This document shows positions 11,320 through 24,222 of a stretch of 64,000 nt of DNA, piece by piece. Numbering within the stretch: the first letter of the stretch is position 1; each line of letters begins with the position of its first letter. The stretch covers positions 186,001-250,000 of the forward strand of contig CDPCPM010000183.1 of NCBI GenBank assembly GCA_976551045.1, in the 5' to 3' direction. This stretch comes from Glaucostegus cemiculus (taxonomy: Eukaryota). The notes under the pieces are model-generated. The model searched no databases, was not told the DNA's origin, and was given only the letters and a program-made list of their open reading frames with translations. Made by a program: the position numbers and the translations under genes.

Positions 11320-13627
11320 GTAAGTATTGCTGCTCAGTGTTGCCAGCTTAAGTAACTTGAGTCGCAAAATGGAAGGCCTGTGTCAATGACTGCAGTGCAG
11401 TAGTTTATGAGAAGTTTGCCTGTTTGTTGGGATTTTCATGAACCTGGGATGTGCCAAAATGCCTCATTAAATTAAACTTTAAAACCTTATTTATGCAGCA
11501 TGGCCCAATGAGCCCACGCTGCCCAATTACACCCATGTTAACCTACTAACCCATACGTCTTTGGAATGTGGGAGGAAACTGGAGTACCCGGAGGAGACCC
11601 ACGCAGACACGGGGAGAACGTACAAACTCCTTACAGACAGCGACGGGAATCGAACCCGGGTCGCTGGCGCTGTAATGGGGTGATGCTACTGTGCCGCCCC
11701 TCACTTCCTAGGTGCAGTCACTGTTGTGATACGGAAGTTGCGGCAGACTGCGCAGTGCACAAGAAAGATCCCGCAGGCAGCATATGTAAATGAGCAGACC
11801 AAACTCTTTGCAGTCTCCATTGCGTTGGGGGAATCAGCAGATGAAAATTAGTGCGATACAGACAGGAGTTCAGGCTCCTGGTCTGTTCTGAATTCCTTGG
11901 CCTTATAATGGCGTGGGTCCATCATAATTGGCTTGAATGTTGAGGAGAGGAAAGTCATCTCCCGCTCCGACCCCTGCCCATCAGTCCTTCAGAGAGTAAA
12001 CATGCAACTGGCGATCTGACCAGGAGTGTACTGTGGTCTGACTGAATGGATCCATCCCAAAATCGCAGCCAAGTCATGTCCTTCCAGAGGTGAAGGCAGA
12101 TAGTAGGATTGTTAGGGAGGGAGTGACGAAGATGGAAGTCAAGGCCGTAGGCAGATCCATTTCAAATTTTGCGTTTTGTGATTAATCCCAAATTCAATTT
12201 GGATTTGACTGTTAAAATGTTCCTTGCCACCCTTCCCGCTTCAAACGTCGTACTGCGTGAGCAGAGGTACCGTGTTTGCCATTCAGTGATGAGGATTTCC
12301 TGTTGGTAAAGCACAAGTTTCCGGGATCAGTGCTGGAGATGACAGAGCTTCAGGTCGAAAGTGGATGAATTAGTTTTCTGCTTCCTGCTTGCAGTTTGGG
12401 GCTGGTACCTTCCCATCGTACAGGTGTGGTCGTGACCTACCTACACGCGCAATGAATGTCATCACTCAAACTAAAAAAGCTTTGCTGCATTTTAACTGCA
12501 CAATATTTTCTGCAAAAAGAGAAATACATCTGTGAGCGTATCTCTTCAGGGAGAGCTGATCTGGGTGGCCATCATCAGAGCTGTGTAGGATACCTGCCTG
12601 GGGATTTTAACGTTGAACCTAAAATCCTCAAACAGAACAGAATGATCACTGTTACAGCTTACACGCTGATCTGAATGTTCCAAAAGTGAGCTGCTTGATT
12701 TGCTGGGTGCAGAAATTCCTGCTTTAAATTTCAGAGAGTCTGGTGAGGATTTTGAGCTTTTTCTGCTGTACTTTAGATCTTAATTTTAATCGGCAAGGAC
12801 AGGATGAGTTGTTTTTGTTGCATTGTGCATGTGTTCACTGCGGATAGTGCTTTTGTTATTTGTTCTTGGAAAATTTATCTCCCAAGGAAGTGTTCTGCTG
12901 CCAGATTTTGTTCTTGCAATCATTAGAGTATAAACCATTTGTGGTAGTACCCAGTAAATGTCTCTAGATGGCTTAAAACACAGTTTCAAAATGCTTGCAC
13001 TGTATTCTGTGAGCTCTTGAAGGCCGCACCTTAGTTACAGAGCCAAAGAATAGTACAACATGGAAACAGGCCCTTTGGCCCAACTTGTCCATGCGAACCA
13101 AGATGCTTATTTAAGTTAGTTCCATTTGCCCGCGATATATTGAATAAGTGTCTTGGGTTTGTGGTAATGGGTTGAATCCAGAATCATTTTACTCTATTGT
13201 CAGAATGTGCCCGAGGTATTTGTGTTCCCTTGCATTTTGTGGGGAAAACTGAGGATCCATTAACACGTGTGTCAATAAGAATGATTCCTGTGACTGGCAT
13301 GGTGCTCCTCTGTTACCTCAGTAGGCCGATACACCAGCTGGCATGATAATGAGTCATACAAGTCAAGATATGGGAGAGGTAGGACTAAAATCCTTAAATG
13401 TGCTGGGCTGTAGTTAGTTACCATCTCTAAAGTACGCCACTACACCGATGTGCCAACATTTTTATTTTTGATGATTCGGGAAAAAGAGAAACAAAGCTAA
13501 CATTTCAGGATTGAACACCTTTCATTTTTTTTAAACTAAGGATCTTCACCAAGTGTTTCCAAAGTTTCCTGTTTCAATTTTTTTTTAAAATGTCACTATT
13601 TTAAAGTATTTAGTTATTCATTTTACA

Positions 13628-14330
13628 TGTTGTGGGTGCTGCTGAGGAGGGCAACATTTACTGCCCATCCCTAATTGCCCTCCGCTATGGTGGGAGCTGC
13701 CAGCTTGAACCACTGCAGTCCTTCAGGAGAAGGTTCTCCCAATGCGCTGGTGGGGAGGGAGTTCCAGGATTTAGACCAAGCAACTGTGAAGGACCAGCGA
13801 TGTATTTCCAAGTCGGGATGGTGTGTCAGGTGGTGGTGTTTTCCTGCACTTGCTGCCCTTGTCCTTGGTGGTGGAGGTCGAGGGTTTGGTAGGATGTGGG
13901 ACATTTTGTAGATGGTACACACTGCAGGACCAGTGTGCACCAGTGGTGGTGGGAATGAATGTTTAGGTTTGGGGATGAGGAACCAATCAAGAAGGCAGCT
14001 TTGTCCCAGATGGTGTTAAACTTTTCAAGTGTAGTTGGCACTGCACTTATTAAGGCAAGCAGAGAATTCTTCCATCACATTCCTGACTCTTTTCAAGCAG
14101 ATGGTGGAAAAGATCTGTGGTGTCAAGAGGTGAATCACTTGCTGCGGAACACCTAGCCTCTGACCTGGTTTTGTAGTCACAGTATTTGGCCCAACTCTGT
14201 CCCAGTGGCTTCTGTGGACTCATGCTAGTGCCATCAAGTGTCAAGGGTGGGTGGTTGGGCATGTTCTGGTTCATTGACTGGCACAGGTGTTCATGAATGT
14301 TCTTGCCACTTACCATTGCCTGGCTGAATG
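13628..14330 (-). mobile_element. Non-LTR retrotransposon 3' fragment of a third family (related pieces at 38740-38975 and 50400-50720)
   Basis: PTTLEKFNTIWDKAAFLIG and SFTVAWSKSWNSLP are RT C-terminal motifs. Confidence 0.6.
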
Positions 14331-14427
14331 TAGGTTGTGTTGATGCTTTGTTGCTCCCTGCTGGTACTTATGTGCCTTCTCCAGTCACACAAAATAGATT
14401 CACAGAGTCATACAGTATTGAAACAGG

Positions 14428-14683
14428 AGCCACAGTAGTGTAGCGGTTAGCGTAACGCTTTACAGCGCCAGCGACCCGGGTTCAATTCCGGCCGCTGTCT
14501 GTAAGGAGTTTGTACGTTCTCCCCTTGTCTGTGTGGGTTTCCTCCAACATTCCAAAGACGTACAGGTTAGGAAGTTGTGGACATGCTATGTTGGCTCCGA
14601 AAGTGTGGCAACACTTGCGGGCTGCCCCCAGAACACTATGCAAAAAGATGTATTTCACTGTGTGTTTCGATGCACGTGTGACT
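14428..14683 (+). mobile_element. tRNA-derived HE1/V-SINE-like element with 'tail A'
   Basis: A box tagtgtagcggtt, B box ggttcaattcc, V-like core gtctgtaaggagtttgtacgttctcccc, tail tttcactgtgtgtttcgatgcacgtgtgact. Confidence 0.85.
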
Positions 14684-16277
14684 ACTTATTCACGTCCATG
14701 CCAATAATCAAGATCCTATCTATAGAGTCATTAGAGTAATTCTGCACTAAAACGGGCCATTCAGCCCAACTCATCTATGCTGACCATGACGCCCACCAGG
14801 CTAGTCCCATTTGCCAGCATTTGATTCCTATCCCTGTAAACCCCTCCTTTCCATGTGCCTATCCAAATGTCATTTATACCAATCTCATTTACCAGCACTT
14901 GGTGCCTAGCCTACTACAGTCCTGTCCTCACACACTGCACCAATTATTTTCATCTCCTTGACTAGGGTAAGCTAATCAAGTGGCAGTTTGGCTGAAGCAG
15001 TTTGGAACTGAATCTGGTGCAAGTCACTTCTTCAAGGGCAAGGGAAGAAAATTAAAAGGGGGGGGAACTTCAGTGTCAGCGGGAAGTTTGAGTTCAGCCA
15101 CAAGTGTGTAGGCCAGAGCCAGTCAGTGGAGGCAGGCGTAATAAATGGAGCTGGTTCCGTGGCATTCACAGCATTGAAACTGACTGGGCCATCCAGTCTG
15201 CGCTGTGCTTACCCTGCACCAAACTGCTTCCCACCTTGCTTCATCTCACCCTAGCGTTATGGTGGTCTTTTCACATTAACAAGAGGCTTTTGCACTCACG
15301 TTAGACACTAGGTTTGACAGGTGATTTTCTGTCCTCCAGGGATTTGTGAGTAATTGCATCACCAGCAGTAAATTCAAGTGTACTCTTTCCAATTACTCTC
15401 ATAGGAGGTGTCGTGTCCATTGAAGCTAGAATTAAAAGAACCTTGCTGGAAGTTGCTAAAAACGTTCAGGCAAGGCAGGTGGAATATTGGTGGCTTCTAA
15501 ATATTACGCTGGCCCTGACCTGCAGCTTGAAGGCTCCTTGTTCAACCGGTGAACAATAAGCCCATTCGTTTGAGGTGCTTTCTGATTTCCAGCCCCACCT
15601 CCACTCCTCCATGTCGGAGGTTTTTGGTGGTTTAACCAACATCCATCCTGCATTGGAAAGTCATTGGGACGGGGGACCAAATGTGCAGTCACCTCTCAGG
15701 AGCACAATAGGATAATCCAATGAGCATAATAGCAGGAATGCCCATTCGGGTCTAATGTAATGTTCGCCTTAGTGTTAGCAATGCTGCCATTGGCTTCAAA
15801 TCCACGGTACAGAAATGTCATTTTTTGCACTGGACTCTATGCTTGAGTGGATGTCACAGAAAGACAGAATGGGGTTTAGTGGCGATACCCTCCACAGTTG
15901 AATAACCTTCCGGTATTGGCCACTAGGGTGAGGTGCTGCAGAACAGTTGTGGTTTATGATATCACAGTCCAGCGAGGAGTTGGTGCATGTGGGTAGGAAT
16001 GGAATTGAAGAGGAAACCAGTTTTAAAAACAAAACTCGGATGCATTTAGTATCTGATTCTGCTCAATGGCGCTCCCATTGGCGCCCTCTAAGTAGTTTCT
16101 ACAATCTTGCATTTCAAAATTTTGGGGAGGGAGAAGGCAACATTGGTAATCAGAGTGGCAATAATATAACAGCACAGCTTGAATGAGTAGAGTATCAACA
16201 GGAGAGTAACTGAGCCAAATGTAATTCTGTTTCTGTACTTCACCTGTGCTATCATTGGTATTCTTGTGTGTTTCTAG

Positions 16278-16358
16278 AAACTTGACTTTTGGATGCGATG
16301 GACCTTCTTGGCGGCTTCTGACTGCTCTTAAAGTGCTTTGTCTCAGGGCAGAACAATA
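16278..16358 (+). CDS. SETD4: SETD4 coding exon (81 bp; NLTFGCDGPSWRLLTALKVLCLRAEQY)
   Basis: Acceptor tgtttctag, donor gtaagt. Nearly identical to human NLTFGWDGPSWRLLTALKLLCL. Confidence 0.95.
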
Positions 16359-17134
16359 GTAAGTGGAAATGTTTATTTTATAAAGCACTAGCAATTTTGA
16401 AGTTAAGCTTCTTTACTAACCTGGAGAGGGCTTTGGAGGGTACAATGGGCATTGGAGAAAATGTGTGAGATCCCTCACAGTGAGCACTCCTTGTGGTGCC
16501 GAGTTAACTTCCTGAATCAAGAGTGAAAATTCACGGGGACAATGCTGTGGATTAGAGTCCATTCTGGAGCCACAATTTAGAGGCCATAATGCCATCTTGG
16601 TTACTGGTTTATTATTGTCACGTGGACTGAGGTACAGTGAAAAACTTTGCTCTGCGTGCCATCCATTTTATCCCATCAGTGCATTGAGGCAGTACAAGGG
16701 AAAAGCAACAACAGAATGCAGAATATAGTGTTACAGAGAAAGTGCAGTGCAAGCCCATGACGAGGTAGATTGTGAGGTCAAGAGCCCATCTTATCATACT
16801 AGAGGGCCGTTCGATACTCTTATAACAGCAGGATAGAAGCTGTCCTTGAGCCTGGTGGTGTGTGCCTTGCATCTTCTGCCCGATGGGAGGGGGGGGAAGA
16901 GAGAATGTCTTGGGTGGGTGGGGTCTTTGACAACGTAGGCTGCTTTTCTACTGCAGTGAGAAGTGTAGACAGAGTCTGTGGAGGGGCGGCTGGTTTTTGT
17001 GATGTGCTGAGCTGCTTGCCAACAATTTCAGGGGGTTGGGACATTATGGAGTTATGGAGAGATACAGTATGTGAAGAGGCCTTTCGGCCCACCGAGTTCC
17101 TACTTGACCATCTACTACCATTCATTATTTAACT

Positions 17135-17376
17135 TTTTTTATTTACAGCGTAGTAACAGGCCCTTTTGGCCCAATGAGTCCGCGCCGCCCATTTTAAACC
17201 CCCAGATTAACCTACCCGTACGTCTTTCAGAATGTGGGAGGAAACCGGAGCACCCGGAGGAAACCCACGCAGACACGGGAGAATGTACAAACTCCTTACA
17301 GTCAGCGACGGGAATCAAACCCCGATCGCTGGCGCTGTAACAGCGTTGCACTAACCGCTACGCTATCGTGCCGCCT
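17135..17376 (-). mobile_element. Full-length V-SINE-like element with a CR1/HER1-type 'tail B' (related copies at 11490-11697, 17440-17650, 1635-1995, 53920-54250)
   Basis: Same head and core as the tail-A copies, but the minus strand ends ggactcattgggccaaaagggcctgttactacgctgta, like the CR1 3' ends. Confidence 0.8.
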
Positions 17377-18019
17377 TAATTATTAATTCTACATTAATCC
17401 CATTTTTTATTCTTCCCGCTTTCTCGTCAACTCCCTTTGATTCGACCACTCAGGGGCAATTTACAACAGCCAGTTAACCTACTGACCTGCACATCTTTAA
17501 GATGTGGGAAGAAACCAGAGCACCCAGAGGAAACCCATGTGGTGACAGGGAGAGCATGCGAACTCCACGCAGACAACGCCCGAGGTGGGGATTGAACCCG
17601 GGTCTGTGGCACTGTGAGGCAGCAACTCTACCAGCTGCGCCACCGTGCCGTACAGTGGAGTGAGTGTTAAAGGTTCTGGGTCGAGAGGCCGAACATCCAG
17701 CGACCATAGGCCATATCAGAACCAAAGATGTGGATGGGATTAGGTCTGAGGATCTGTAAAGGAATTTAGAGTAAATAAATTCTAGGAACAGAACCTTCAC
17801 ACCAGTGTGTGTATCCGCAAGGCAGTGCTCCCATTGCACCCAAGGGAAGAGACTAGAATCGGCCACACTTGGCCAGAAGGATGGTGGGCCAGAGAAGGTT
17901 TCAAATTCCTGGGATACAAGGAAGTTGTTACCCAAATAAGAGAACAACTCTTGACCTTGAGGGAAGGACAAAGACGGCTGTGGAAAAGGCCCAAACCAGG
18001 GAGTGAGTGTAACATATGA

Positions 18020-19215
18020 GAGATCTGTTCAAGAGACTCATCATGGTGGGATAGAAGCTGTCCTTGAGCCTGGTGGTACGTGTGTCTCAAGCTTTTGTAC
18101 CTTCTGCCCGATGGGGGGGGAGAAGAGAGAGTGATTGGGGAGGGAGGGGTCCTAGATTGTGTTGGCTGCTTTCCAAGAGGCAGTGGGAAGTGTAGACGGA
18201 GTCAGTGGAGGGGATGTTGGTTATCAGAGTCAGATTTATTATCACTGATATATGATGTGAAGTTTTTTTGCAGCAGCAGTACAGTGCAAAGACATAAAAA
18301 AAATCAATAAATTACAAAAATAAATAAATAGTGCAAGAAAAGGAATAAGTAGTGTTCATGGGTTCATGGATTGTTCAGAAATCTGATGGCAGAGGGGAAG
18401 AAGCTGTTCCTGAAATGTTGAGTGTGGGTCTTCAGGCTCCTGTACCTCCTCACCGATGGTAGTTACAGGAAGAGGGCGTGTCCTGGATGGTGAGGGTCCT
18501 TGATGATAGATGCCGCCTTCTTGAGGCACCGCCTCTTGAAGATGTCCTCAGTGGTGGGGAGGGTTGTGCCCATGATGGAGCTGGCTGGGTCTACAACTCT
18601 CTGCAGCCTCTTGAGATCCTGTGCATTGGAGCCTCCATACCAGGCAGTGATGCAACCAGTCAGGATGCTCTCCACCATACATCTATAGAAATTTGTAAGA
18701 GCCTTTGGTGACATACTGAATCTCCTCAAACTCCTAACAAAGTAGAGCCACTGGCGAGTTGCCTTTGTGATTGCATCAATGTGTTGGGCTCAGAATAGAT
18801 CCTCTGAGATGTTTTTGCCCAGGAACTTGAAGCTGCTCACCCTTTCCACCGCTGACCCCTCACTGAGGACTGGTGTGTGTTCTCCTGATTTCCCCTTCCT
18901 GGAGTCCACAATCAGTTCCTTGGTCTTGCTGACGTTGAGTGTGAGGTTGTGGTTGTGACACCACTCACCCAGCTGATCTTTCTCACTGCTGTACACCTCG
19001 TTGCCACTTGAGATTCTAGCAACAACAGTGGTGTTTGTGGTAGACTGGTCTGTGTTCACAACTCTGTGAAATTTCTTGCAGTCTTGGGCAGGTCAGTTGC
19101 CATACCAAATTGTGATGCATCCGGATAGGATGCTTTCTATAGCAGATTTGTAGAAATTGGTGAGAGTCATTGGGGACATGCCTATTTTCTTTAGCCTTCT
19201 GAGTAAGTAGAGGTG
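18020..19215 (-). mobile_element. Two nested Rex1/Babar-like LINE fragments
   Basis: ORFs 18463..18729 (NFYRCMVESILTGCITAWYG) and 18790..19059 (WCHNHNLTLNVSKTKELIVD...FKFLG). The outer copy occupies 18020-18220 and 19040-19215. Confidence 0.8.
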
Positions 19216-20141
19216 CTATAAATAAGAGAAGGTGGATAGTGAAGTGAAATATGAACTATTAAAGATAGAATCAGAGGGAACCACAATGGATATACAGAAA
19301 TCTATATATTTGCTTAAGGAGGTTATCAAAATGGAAGAAGAGGGAAAATACAAATGGTGCAAGAGTACCTTAAGACAGGCCAATGGGAAGAATGTAGTCT
19401 GTTTATTATAAGTAGATCCCCAAGTACACACACCACTCACAGCTGGTGCACTGCTCCACACAGTAAACAGAAATTGCTAATGGAATGTTGACCTCCATCT
19501 CAAGGGCATGGAATTAAAAATGAGCACACAAAAAGCAAAGATTTAAAAGCCTTGGTCAGATCCCAGAGTACTGGGCAGTGAACCTCAGGAAATATGTTTT
19601 GGAGATTTCCATAATATTAGGGATTAAATTTTTAAACTGAGAGGAAACTGTATAAATGTGGATTGAACTCCCTTAACTGTAGACGGTTGAATGGATGTTT
19701 TTCACGTTATTGGAAATGAAAGGATTCAATTGGCAAAAAATACCTGGTCGGGGAATCAACAGTGGGAAGGTATTGTTTGAAAATTAGAACCATATATTTG
19801 CAAATGAGATTACAAAGGACTTTTGCACATAAAAGATGTTAGATTGTTGTTTACCTGTTATGACACAGAAGGCCATTCAGCCTACTGGGTTTATGCTAGC
19901 TCCCAACAGAGTGATCCTAATCCCCACACCCCTCCTGATGGTTCTTTAGTCCTACATTTTATTGTTTCTCGCATGCCCATTAATCCCCTTTTGATTCCTT
20001 TGTGACACACCCAGCCATTTACAATAGCCAGTTAAGCTATCAGCACATCTTTGGGGTGTCGGAGGAAACTAGAGCACCCAGTGGAAATCTAAGCAGTCAC
20101 AAGGAATGTATGCTATCTCCACACCCTGAGGTCAGGATTGA

Positions 20142-20390
20142 TAAGATATCTTTATTAGTCACATGTATATTGAAACACACAGTGAAATGCATCTTTTGTG
20201 TAGAGTGTTCTGGGGACAGCCCGCAAGTGTAACCACGCTTCCGGCGCCAACATTGCATGCCCACAACTTCCTAACCCGTACGTCTTTGGAATGTGGGAGG
20301 AAACTGGATTACCCGGAGGAAACCCACGCAGACACGGGGATAACGTACAAACTCCTTACAGACAGCGGCCGGAATTGAACTCTGGTCACT
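20142..20390 (-). mobile_element. V-SINE-like element, tail A, inserted into an older SINE (about 19990-20410)
   Basis: Reverse complement of the 14428 family. Older SINE sequence continues on both sides. Confidence 0.8.
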
Positions 20391-20594
20391 GGAGCTCTGA
20401 GGCTCTACTCCCCTTTAACATTTAATAAGAGAGGGACCTCGTTTCTTTCCTCGGGACCTCGGGGGCCTTTGAGTGGACGGACAGACTGGACAACTGAGTG
20501 TGTGATTTTCTTCATGTCACACAAAAGAGAGAATTGTTAAGGGGTAGCAAAGAACATGGTGGATAACCGGAGTTGTTATAGAACAGGGGAAAGC

Positions 20595-20995
20595 ATTTTG
20601 CATTTCTATAGTGCCTTTTGGAAAGCCAAGAAATGGTTTGTGGATAATGAAGCTCTTCTGAAAATTGGTAGCCTCCATAATGTTGGAAGTGGGGCAGTCA
20701 AAACGTGCCTAGCAAAAACAATCTGATAATGGACAGGTTTTTGTTCAAGCTCTACTGGTTCAGGTATATGTTAGCCTGGATGGCGGGGACAGTATCCCCT
20801 TGCTCCCCCCAACCCACCTCCATGGCGTTTTGTATGCCCACCTGAGAGTGTAGACACGGCCTTGGTTTAAGGTTTCATCATAAGGCTGATGCCCAGTGCA
20901 GCACTCCCTGCCGTTCTGCGTTGGACTGTTGGGCCAAGGTTTCAGTGTTCATGTCTTTGAGTGGGACTTGAACCTGGAACCATAATCTAATCTCA
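20595..20995 (-). mobile_element. SacSINE1-like (DeuSINE) near full-length copy (another remnant at about 11710-11830)
   Basis: ttgcatttctatagtgccttt tail, cacctgagag...ccttggtttaa core, gagtgggacttgaacc B-box end. Confidence 0.6.
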
Positions 20996-21276
20996 GTGAG
21001 TGGCTACTGTTCCTCAGTTTCATTCCTCCTTCATCACTCTGCAAATATCCTGGACATTCCTAACTTCTGGGTGTTCGAGGAGGACACCCACCACTGTCAC
21101 CACCAGAAGACCAAAGGCACAGGAAATTAGCTCTTCCTGGCTTGCTGATATTCCAAGAACAAATATGAATGCAGCCCCTGCAGGGTCTGGAGTGGAGCGG
21201 AGAGGATTCATGTTGAAGGTAAAGTGTGAAACTTTGAAAAGATGGATGAAACGGAGTTATTCTTTGTGCCCTGTAG

Positions 21277-21400
21277 TTCACAGAGAAAGAACATCTCGCT
21301 TGGACTGTGCGTCTCTGACGAAAATGAGAGGAGCAGTTTAGAGCTTGCAGAAAGACTCCGCCTCCACCTCATGAACGAAAACCAGGCTGTGATGCAACAA
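21277..21400 (+). CDS. SETD4: SETD4 coding exon (124 bp; SQRKNISLGLCVSDENERSSLELAERLRLHLMNENQAVMQQ)
   Basis: Acceptor ccctgtag, donor gtgagt. Phase fits. Aligns to human LGEVISDTNEKTSLDIAQKI...ETNAVLQK. Confidence 0.88.
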
Positions 21401-22029
21401 GTGAGTGGGTTTTTATCTGGTGGTGTTTCAGTTTGACGCATTGGGAGTAAAACCACTTAATCCGCTGTCCAATGTCTTGATGATCTGGCATCTAGTTCAC
21501 CGGGTAATGTTGGTACTGGTTTATTATTGTCCCTTGTACCGAGGTACAGTGAAAAACGTGTCTTGCATACCGATCGTACAGGTCAATTCATTACGCAGTG
21601 CAGTTACATTGAGTTAGTACAGAGTGCATTGAGGTAGTACAGGTAAAAACAATAACAGTACAGAGTAAAGTGTCACAGCGCAGAGAAAGTGCAGTGCAAT
21701 AAGGTGCAAGGTCACAACAAGGTAGATCGTGAGGTCAGAGTCCATCTCATCATACAAGGGAACCATTCAATAGTCTCATCATAGTGGAGTAAGAGCTGTC
21801 CTTAAGCCTGGTGGGTATGTGCCCTCAGGCTCTTGTATGGAAGAGGAGAAGAGGGAATGACCCAGGTCGGTGGGGTCTTTGATTATGCTGGCTGCTTCAC
21901 CAACACAGCGAGAGGTAAAAAGAGTCCATGGAGGGGAGGCTGGTATCCATGATGCACTGGGCTGTGACCCTGGTGCATGGGGTCTTTGATTATGCTTGCT
22001 GCTTTGCCAAGGCAGGCAGAGGTAAAGAG

Positions 22030-23240
22030 GTAATGTTTCCCGCATTTCCCCCAATTTCACAGGTCCCTGCACTTCTCCGAGACTCACGAGGGCCTGTGCT
22101 CTCCTAGGACTCAATAGGTCCCCAATTGCCATGCTCCCTTGAGATTCTCTGTGTCCTGGTTCCCATGTTTCCCTGAATCCAGCCATGTTATTTATTGCAT
22201 CTGGTGCTCCTGGTGCAGCCTCCTCTACATCGGTGAGATCAGACACAGATTGGGTAACCGCTTCGACAAGTACCTTTGCACCATCTGCTGTGCCCGCCGG
22301 GATCTCCCGGTGGCCAGCCATTTCAATTCTACTCCCCATTCCCTCACCAGCATGTCTGTCTGTGACCTCCTCCACTGCCTGGTTATGGCTAAGTGAAAAC
22401 GAGAGGAACAGCACCTCATATTCCACCTGGGCAGTCTCCAACCTGGCGGCATGAACATTGAATCCTCAAACTTTAGGTAACCACTCCCCCTCTTCCCCCA
22501 GTTTTCATTTTTCTCCTGATCTGACCAGCCCCCATTACCCTATCTCTTTTTCTTCCCCCACCCTCTTCATCTGCCCATCACCCACACACACTCCTCCTAC
22601 CAGTTCCCCTCCCCACTTCCTTCCCTTTATTCCATGCTCCAAGACAAGACTAGACAAGATTTCTTTATTAGTCACGTGTACATGGAAACACGTAGTGAAA
22701 TGCATCTTTTGTGTACAGTGTTCTGGGGGCAGCCCGCAAGTGTCGCCATGCTTCCGGCGCCAACACAGCATGCCCACAACTTCCTAACCCATACGTCTTT
22801 GGAATGTGGGAGGAAACCGGAGCACCCAGAGGAAACCCACGCAGACACGTGGAGAATGTACAAGCTCCTTACAGACAGCAGCCAGAATTGAACCTGGATC
22901 GCTGGTGCTGTCCTCTCCTATCAGATTCCACCATCTTCAGCCCTTTGTCACTTCTACCTGTCACCTCCCAGCTTCTGACACCATTCCCACTCTACCTCTG
23001 CCTGATCTGCCTATCACTCCCCTCACCTGGATCCACCTATCACCCGCCAGCTCTTGCCCCTCCCCTTCACCCCCACCTTTTTTTATTCCAACTATCTTTC
23101 CTCTTTCCAGTCCGGAAGACAGGCCTCGACCCGAAATGTCAACTGTCCATTTCCCTCCACGGATGTGGCCTGACCCACTGGGTTCCTCCAGTGTTTTGTG
23201 TGTTGCTGCAGGATCCAGCATCTGCAGTCTCTTGTCTACC
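22030..23240 (+). mobile_element. Penelope-like retroelement 3' part: GIY-YIG endonuclease remnant, pyrimidine-rich 3' region and degenerate hammerhead; interrupted by a SINE
   Basis: ORF 22139..22396 reads VIYCIWCSWCSLLYIGEIRHRLGNRF...VASHFN, the GIY-YIG/CCHH pattern of PLEs, followed by EEQHLIFHLGSLQPGGMNIE. Hammerhead-like cagtccggaagacaggcctcgacccgaaatgtcaactg at about 23108-23146. Confidence 0.85.
22652..22908 (-). mobile_element. V-SINE-like element, tail A, nested in the PLE
   Basis: tctttattagtcacgtgtacatggaaacac...ccagaattgaacc. PLE sequence resumes after it. Confidence 0.8.
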
Positions 23241-23419
23241 CCTGAATCTTACCAAGTTCAGTGGAGAATTTACTGTGACTTTTCAACAAAATATTCAAAA
23301 TGTGTTGGGATATGAATAACATGCAATAGTTTGTAAAATTTGTCAGTCTGGTACCTCCAAAGTTCTGAATGTGCCAGATTTTCAGTTTTACTTAAAGAAC
23401 AAATAGCAAGCAAAGTTTT

Positions 23420-24222
23420 AGAATTGGTTTGTTATTGTCACTTGTGCCGAGGTACAGTGAAAAACTTGTCTTGCATACCAGTCATGCAGATCAATTCATT
23501 ACACAGTGCACTGAGGTAGTACAGGGTAAAAACAATAACAGAGTAAAGTGCAACAGCTACAGAGGAAGTGTATTGCAGGTAGACAATAAGGTGCAAGGTC
23601 ACAACAAGGTAGATTGTGAGTCCATCTTATTTTACTAGGGAACTGTTCAATAGTCTTATAACAGTGGGATAAAAGCTGTCCTTGAGCCTGGTGGTATGTA
23701 CTTTCAGGCTTTTATATCTTCTCCTCAGGAGAGGGGAGAAGAGAGAATGACCCAGGTGGGTAGAGTCTTTGATTACGTTGGCTGTTTTACCGAGGCAGTG
23801 AGAAGTATAGAGTCCATGGAGGGGAGGCTGGTTTCTGTGATGTGTTGAGCTGTGTCCACAACTCTCTGCAGTTTCTTGTGGTCCTGGGCAGAGCAGTTGC
23901 CATACCAAGCTGCGGTCATCCAGAAAGGATGCTTTCTATGGTGCATTGATAAAAGTTGGTGAGTGTCAAAGGGGTCATGCCAAATTTCTTTAGCCTCCTG
24001 AGGAAGTAGAGGCGCTGGTGAGCTTTCCTGGCTGAGTTGTCTATGTGGTGCGACCAGACAGGCTATTGGTGATGTTCACTCCTAGGAACTTCAAGCTCTC
24101 AACTCTCGACCTCAGCACCATTAATGTAGACAGGAGGATATGCATCGCCCCCTTCCAGAAATCAATGACCAGCTCTTTTGTTTTGCTGACATTGAGGGAA
24201 AGATTGTTGTTATGATGCCATA
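23420..24222 (-). mobile_element. Rex1/Babar-like LINE 3' fragment (further copies at 7685-8095, 16605-17015, 21510-22030, 27160-27350)
   Basis: NNLSLNVSKTKELVIDF and HSLFSPL...TTRLKDSFYP motifs, plus a shared 3' UTR. Confidence 0.8.

Noticed and set aside
12285-12370. GTGATGA as a possible C/D snoRNA C box
   Set aside because: No well-placed D box (CTGA) or terminal stem at a suitable distance.
14428-14500. tRNA gene
   Set aside because: The A and B boxes run straight into the SINE core shared by many copies, so it is a SINE head and not a cloverleaf tRNA.
21779-23319. Long ORFs 21779..22441 (-), 22711..23319 (+) and 22806..23315 (+) as novel genes
   Set aside because: They span the junctions of LINE, PLE and SINE fragments and low-complexity C/T sequence, so they are chance open frames.
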